A DNA stretch of 63,246 nt, the filler included. It is 4 parts of 4 records of this genome, joined end to end, with 100 filler letters (N's around TTAATTAATTAA, not from the genome) between each part and the next. Parts side by side here need not be neighbours in the genome. Positions count along the whole stretch, not along the records: positions 58,102 to 63,246 come from DRR723986_1357; 3 more parts are not named here. One strand, given 5' to 3'. This document shows, piece by piece, positions 59,263 to 63,246 of this stretch (position 1 is its first letter; each line of letters opens with the position of its first letter). The notes under the pieces are model-generated. The model ran no database searches. It saw only the letters and a program-made list of their open reading frames with translations, and was not told where the DNA came from. Position numbers and translations under genes: made by a program.

Positions 59263-59340
59263 AAGTCTCTCCTTTTTATAAGCGCCCAGAGTATGTTAGC
59301 GCCTGCTTGGCAGCACGCCTTGGGTTGGGCCTCGGGTGTA

Positions 59341-59368
59341 ATTTGGGGATTTTTGCGAAACCTTCAAG
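59341..59368 (-). promoter_or_regulatory. RpoH (sigma32)-type heat-shock promoter of clpB
   Basis: Minus strand CTTGAA-N14-CCCCAAAT, ~80 nt upstream of the clpB ATG. Confidence 0.7.
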
Positions 59369-59505
59369 GGCTGGGTACAGGTTTCGTCAAAGTTACATTC
59401 AATCTTTAATATTCTTACTTTCTTTCGCCTCAATTCGGTAAACAATTGCCCAACTTTGGTAATAATTTCGGTGTCTACTGATCCAAACACTCAAAGGAGG
59501 CGGGC

Positions 59506-59784
59506 ATGTTAATTACCGACATCGAAATCACTCAGTACTCTTATTGCCAAAGTTCAGCGCGTCACTCTGCCAATGTCTGCATGACGTTGAAGAATCAGGT
59601 GGTCACGCTGTTTTGTCAGCTTAGGCTTTCGGACCAGGAAAGTTCCGGCGAAAAAGCGCGGGCGTTCATTTCGGATGCCATGCGCCAGATGCGGCGGATG
59701 CCCGAATATCGGTCCGGTAAAGCCACGCTGAATCTGGCGGATAACCTGCGTCTGCTTGGCGATCCAATGCCGCTGCACGCGTAA
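59506..59784 (+). CDS. Small hypothetical protein
   Basis: AAGGAGG RBS; 92 aa; C-terminal DAMRQMRRMPEYR segment. Confidence 0.75.
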   Translation: MLITDIEITQYSYCQSSARHSANVCMTLKNQVVTLFCQLRLSDQESSGEKARAFISDAMRQMRRMPEYRSGKATLNLADNLRLLGDPMPLHA

Positions 59785-59847
59785 GGCTTGCGTCACAGAC
59801 CAGAGACACATAGAGAGGCGCGACCCCACAAAACAAGAGGCCGCGCC

Positions 59848-60594
59848 ATGTCTGACGTCCAAACGACCGCCCCAACTTTGTCTGATGATCGCCTGATTGT
59901 GGCGCTTGATGTGCCCAACGCTGTTCAGGGCCTGGCCTTGGCTGAAAAGCTGGGCGATGCGGTTTCGTTTTACAAAATCGGCTTGGGCATGTTGACTGGC
60001 GGTGGGCTGGCGCTGGCCAATGAGCTGAAGCAAGAGTTCGGCAAGCGCATTTTTCTGGATATGAAGCTGTTCGACATCGGCAACACCGTGGAAAACGCGG
60101 TGCGCGGGTTGGCGCAGTTTGATCTGGATTTCCTGACCGTACATGGCGACCCGCATGTTGTGCGCGCCGCCAAAGAGGGCGCATCGGGTAAAGATTTGCA
60201 AATTCTGGCGGTCACCATCCTGACCTCGTTGGATCGTCAGGATTTGGATGCGGGGTTGATCAAGCCCGGTGATATTCAGGATCTGGTTCTGGAACGCGCC
60301 GCAAATGCGTTCGAGGCAGGGGCCGATGGCATTATTGCATCGCCACAAGAGGCGGCGTTGATCCGTGCCCTGCCCCAATCTGAGGGTCGTTTGATTGTCA
60401 CCCCCGGTGTGCGCCCGGCCGGAGCCGATCTGGGCGATCAGAAACGGGTCGCCACACCGGCGCAGGCAATTGCGGATGGGGTGGATCACATCGTTGTCGG
60501 TCGTCCGGTGTATCACGCCGAAGATCCCAAAGCGGCGGCTTTGGCGATTTTGGACGAGATGCGCAGCCCGCAGGCGCAACGCCCAAATGCCTAA
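59848..60594 (+). CDS. pyrF: Orotidine-5'-phosphate decarboxylase
   Basis: IVALD, DMKLFDIGNTV, VTILTS, TPGVRP, DQKR, VVGRP; start reset to MSDVQT. Confidence 0.96.
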   Translation: MSDVQTTAPTLSDDRLIVALDVPNAVQGLALAEKLGDAVSFYKIGLGMLTGGGLALANELKQEFGKRIFLDMKLFDIGNTVENAVRGLAQFDLDFLTVHGDPHVVRAAKEGASGKDLQILAVTILTSLDRQDLDAGLIKPGDIQDLVLERAANAFEAGADGIIASPQEAALIRALPQSEGRLIVTPGVRPAGADLGDQKRVATPAQAIADGVDHIVVGRPVYHAEDPKAAALAILDEMRSPQAQRPNA

Positions 60595-60661
60595 AGCTGA
60601 CGCACCAAAAGCCGGTCTAAGTCGCTGTGCCCCTAAAAGCACATTTTGGACTAGAATTTGT

Positions 60662-60788
60662 ACGTACACAAATCAACGCTAGGAGAATTGCCTGTTTGGG
60701 GGGAGTCTTAAACTGAGACACTCCCCAGCGAACCATTTCTTCCTGTGGTTCGTTACCTCCCCCCGCCCAATAAGCGGGGGGTTTTTCT
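60662..60788 (+). ncRNA. Candidate small RNA with three stem-loops
   Basis: TAGAAT -10-like box at 60652-60657; hairpins at ~60697-60727, 60728-60753 and a terminator; no ORF of substance. Confidence 0.5.
60759..60788 (+). terminator. Rho-independent terminator
   Basis: CCCCCCGC-ccaataa-GCGGGGGG-TTTTTCT. Confidence 0.85.
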
Positions 60789-60935
60789 GGGAGAGACAGG
60801 TCTTTTTTCCGCGCTTCATAACCCCATATCTGCGTCTGAACACGGCAGCGGCTTGGGCTTTTGCTTGACCAACGAACGCGCTAAAATCCCCGAACCCTGC
60901 TTTGGCCCCTGCACAGCAAACGAGGAATTCACTGC

Positions 60936-62189
60936 ATGTCTGGCTTGTGTCGCGACTGTCTTGCGCAGATTTCCACGGACTCGCGGTGCCCGCAGTGTGG
61001 CAGCCCGCGTGTGACCACGCACCCAGAGCTGTTTGATCTGACGATTGCACATATGGACTGCGATGCGTTTTATGCCTCGGTCGAGAAACGGGACAATCCA
61101 GAGTTGGCGGCCAAGCCGGTAATTATCGGTGGTGGTCGGCGTGGAGTGGTATCGACCGCCTGTTATGTCGCGCGCATCCGGGGGGTGCGATCCGCAATGC
61201 CGATGTTTCAGGCGTTAAAACTGTGCCCTGATGGGGTGGTCATCAAGCCGCGCATGTCGGCCTATGTTGAGGCCAGCCGCGCCATTCGTGAGATGATGGA
61301 TGAGCTGACGCCAGTGATTGAACCGCTGTCGCTGGACGAGGCGTTTCTGGATCTCAGCGGCACGGAACGTTTGCACGGCGCGCCGCCGGCGGTGATGTTG
61401 GCGCGGCTGGTCAAGCGGATGAAGGATGAGTTGGGGCTGACCGGGTCCATCGGGTTAAGTCACAACAAGTTTTTGGCCAAGGTTGCCTCGGATCTGGATA
61501 AGCCGCGCGGGTATTCGGTGATTGGCAAGGCCGAGACAGATGATTTTCTGCGCAACAAACCGGTGCGGCTGATCTGGGGCATTGGTCCGGCGGCGCAGGT
61601 GTCGTTGGAAAACGCGGGCATTCGGACGTTTTCGGATCTGCTGCGGTGGGAGCAAGAGGCGCTAACGGCGCGGTTCGGGTCGATGGGGTATCGGTTGTGG
61701 CATCTGGCGCGGGGGCAGGACAAACGCCGGGTGTCGGCGCATGAGCCGGTCAAATCGATCTCGAAAGAGACCACGTTTTTCGAAGACACATGGAACACCG
61801 AAATCCTGGATGGGCATCTGTGGCGGCTTGCGGTGCAGGTTGCGGATCGGGCCAAGGCAAAACAGATGGCCGGGCGCGTGGTCACGTTGAAGTTAAAGCG
61901 CGCCAATCATTCGAGCCTGTCGCGCAGGCTGTCGCTGCGGGATGCGACGCAATTGGCGGACACCATATACCGCACAGCGCGTGGGTTGTTTGATCAGGTC
62001 GGGAATGAGGGGCCGTATCGGTTGATTGGCTGCGGGATCTCGGATCTGTGCCCGGAAACAGAGGCCGACAAATCCGGCGATCTGCTGGACCCCGGCGCAA
62101 CAAAACGATCCGAGGCAGAACGCGCCACAGATGACATCCGCCGCCGCTTTGGATCAGATGCGATTGTTAAGGGGCGGTCCTTGCGGTGA
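60936..62189 (+). CDS. dinB: DNA polymerase IV (alphaproteobacterial type, N-terminal Zn ribbon)
   Basis: CRDC..CPQC; HMDCDAFYASVE, YVAR, SAMP, SLDEAF, NKFLAKVASDLDKP. Confidence 0.95.
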   Translation: MSGLCRDCLAQISTDSRCPQCGSPRVTTHPELFDLTIAHMDCDAFYASVEKRDNPELAAKPVIIGGGRRGVVSTACYVARIRGVRSAMPMFQALKLCPDGVVIKPRMSAYVEASRAIREMMDELTPVIEPLSLDEAFLDLSGTERLHGAPPAVMLARLVKRMKDELGLTGSIGLSHNKFLAKVASDLDKPRGYSVIGKAETDDFLRNKPVRLIWGIGPAAQVSLENAGIRTFSDLLRWEQEALTARFGSMGYRLWHLARGQDKRRVSAHEPVKSISKETTFFEDTWNTEILDGHLWRLAVQVADRAKAKQMAGRVVTLKLKRANHSSLSRRLSLRDATQLADTIYRTARGLFDQVGNEGPYRLIGCGISDLCPETEADKSGDLLDPGATKRSEAERATDDIRRRFGSDAIVKGRSLR

Positions 62190-62200
62190 TTATTCGGTGA

Positions 62201-63061
62201 TCATTCGGCGGCGAGCGGTTGCTTTTGCTTGCCGATATCAGTCAGCTTCGCCACCACCTGCCGCATCTGGCCGCGGAACTGATCAAAGCCCGCGTTTGGG
62301 CGGACCAAATGTTCGTCCATATAGAGAGAGCGGTCGATTTCGACCTGAATGGCGTGCTGCCCGCGCGAGGGACGCCCGTAGGTTTGTGTGACATAGGCCC
62401 CGGCAAAGGGTGTGTTGCGCACCACATCAAAACCCGCGCTGACAAAGGCGGATTCGACATGATCCATGATGTCGCCGTGGGCTGCGGCCCCGAACCGATC
62501 CCCCAGCACGATATGAGGCCGTCGCCCCGAAGATTTCGCCACCCCATCCAGCGCCTCGCGCGGCATAGAATGGCAATCGATCAGCACGGTTTGGCCAAAC
62601 ATCTTGCGCGACTCATCCAGCACCCCCTGAAGACGCGCATGATAGGGCCGCCAGAACGAGCTGATCCGCCGCATCGCCTCGCTGTGGGGGAGCTTGCCGC
62701 GGTAAATAGAGCGCCCATTGGCAACAACGCGGGGAATCACACCCAGCCCCGAGGCCACGCGCGGGTTCTGACGGGACCGGCTGACGCCTTCGATCAGGGC
62801 GGGATCCAGTTCTTCGGGGCTGCGGTTGAGATCCAGATAGGCGCGCGGCGCTGTGGCGGTCAAAAAGGGCGCGCCAAAGGCCTGCGCCGAATCAAATAAG
62901 TGATCCACAAAGGCGTCCTCGGAGGATCGAATCGTGACATCATCCAGAATCGAGGCGTTTTTGAAACTGTCGAAATACGACCGCCCACTGTGCGGAGAGG
63001 CGAAAACCACGCAAGATGTGCGTTTTTCGGGCTCAAACAGGCGATAGGCGGCGTGTGACAT
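62201..63061 (-). CDS. N-formylglutamate amidohydrolase
   Basis: SPHSG, RAYLDLNR, PYH, DCHSMP, LGDR, NTPFAG, HAIQVEIDR. Confidence 0.92.
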   Translation of the reverse strand: MSHAAYRLFEPEKRTSCVVFASPHSGRSYFDSFKNASILDDVTIRSSEDAFVDHLFDSAQAFGAPFLTATAPRAYLDLNRSPEELDPALIEGVSRSRQNPRVASGLGVIPRVVANGRSIYRGKLPHSEAMRRISSFWRPYHARLQGVLDESRKMFGQTVLIDCHSMPREALDGVAKSSGRRPHIVLGDRFGAAAHGDIMDHVESAFVSAGFDVVRNTPFAGAYVTQTYGRPSRGQHAIQVEIDRSLYMDEHLVRPNAGFDQFRGQMRQVVAKLTDIGKQKQPLAAE

Positions 63062-63115
63062 GGGTGCTCCTTACAAAGAAAAGCATAGCGCGGAAAATAG
63101 TTGGTTCAAAAGCCC

Positions 63116-63144
63116 TTGATAGTGCTGACGACTCCTTTTATAGA
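63116..63144 (+). promoter_or_regulatory. Sigma70-type promoter for the tRNA
   Basis: TTGATA-N17-TATAGA followed by GC-rich discriminator CCCCGC. Confidence 0.6.
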
Positions 63145-63210
63145 CCCCGCTACCGGCGCAGTTCTCTGCGTCCTAGTTTCTTCTAGGACAACGATTGCAA
63201 AGGTATTCAT

Positions 63211-63246
63211 GGGCGCTTAGCTCAGCGGTAGAGCACTTCGTTGACA
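63211..63246 (+). tRNA. tRNA-Val(GAC), 5' half (truncated by window end)
   Basis: GGGCGCT-TA-GCTC-AGCGGTA-GAGC-A-CTTCG-TT-GAC-A: acceptor strand, D-arm, anticodon GAC at 63243-63245. Confidence 0.9.

Noticed and set aside
59290-59330. CIRCE/HrcA operator upstream of clpB
   Set aside because: TTAGCGCC... lacks the TTAGCACTC-N9-GAGTGCTAA dyad; an RpoH promoter fits better
60790-60935. Alphaproteobacterial LexA box upstream of dinB
   Set aside because: GAAC tetramers are present but not at GAAC-N7-GAAC spacing

Overview
The window joins four contigs with artificial 100-nt linkers (N-run/TTAATTAATTAA/N-run at 23208-23307, 44261-44360 and 58002-58101), so adjacency across a linker has no biological meaning. 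Contigs 1 (1-23207) and 2 (23308-44260) look planctomycete (Pirellulaceae-like). They carry secreted hydrolases, a CitG-like protein, a 2075-aa macroglobulin-like protein, hisN, a WD40 protein, mobA, an M32 carboxypeptidase, a Gfo/FGE-like/ApbE trio, folP, a Tex homolog with very large disordered inserts, a ~2726-codon surface metalloprotease/adhesin split by one in-frame TAG, a sulfatase-peptidase fusion, GTAG-type REP palindromes, and an integron-cassette-like HU/DUF1963 fusion gene. Contig 3 (44361-58001) looks Marinobacter-like: a secreted lipase-like pair, YceI, an uncharacterised PTPS-like/RibD/dehydrogenase/glycosyltransferase-methyltransferase/CDP-alcohol transferase/LPG-synthase-TM cluster, an XRE regulator, galU, an orphan ShlB-like barrel and opgG/opgH. 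Contig 4 (58102-63246) looks Rhodobacteraceae: partial clpB, pyrF, a candidate three-hairpin sRNA, dinB, N-formylglutamate amidohydrolase and a truncated tRNA-Val(GAC). All calls, including taxonomy, come from reading motifs by eye; no searches were run.
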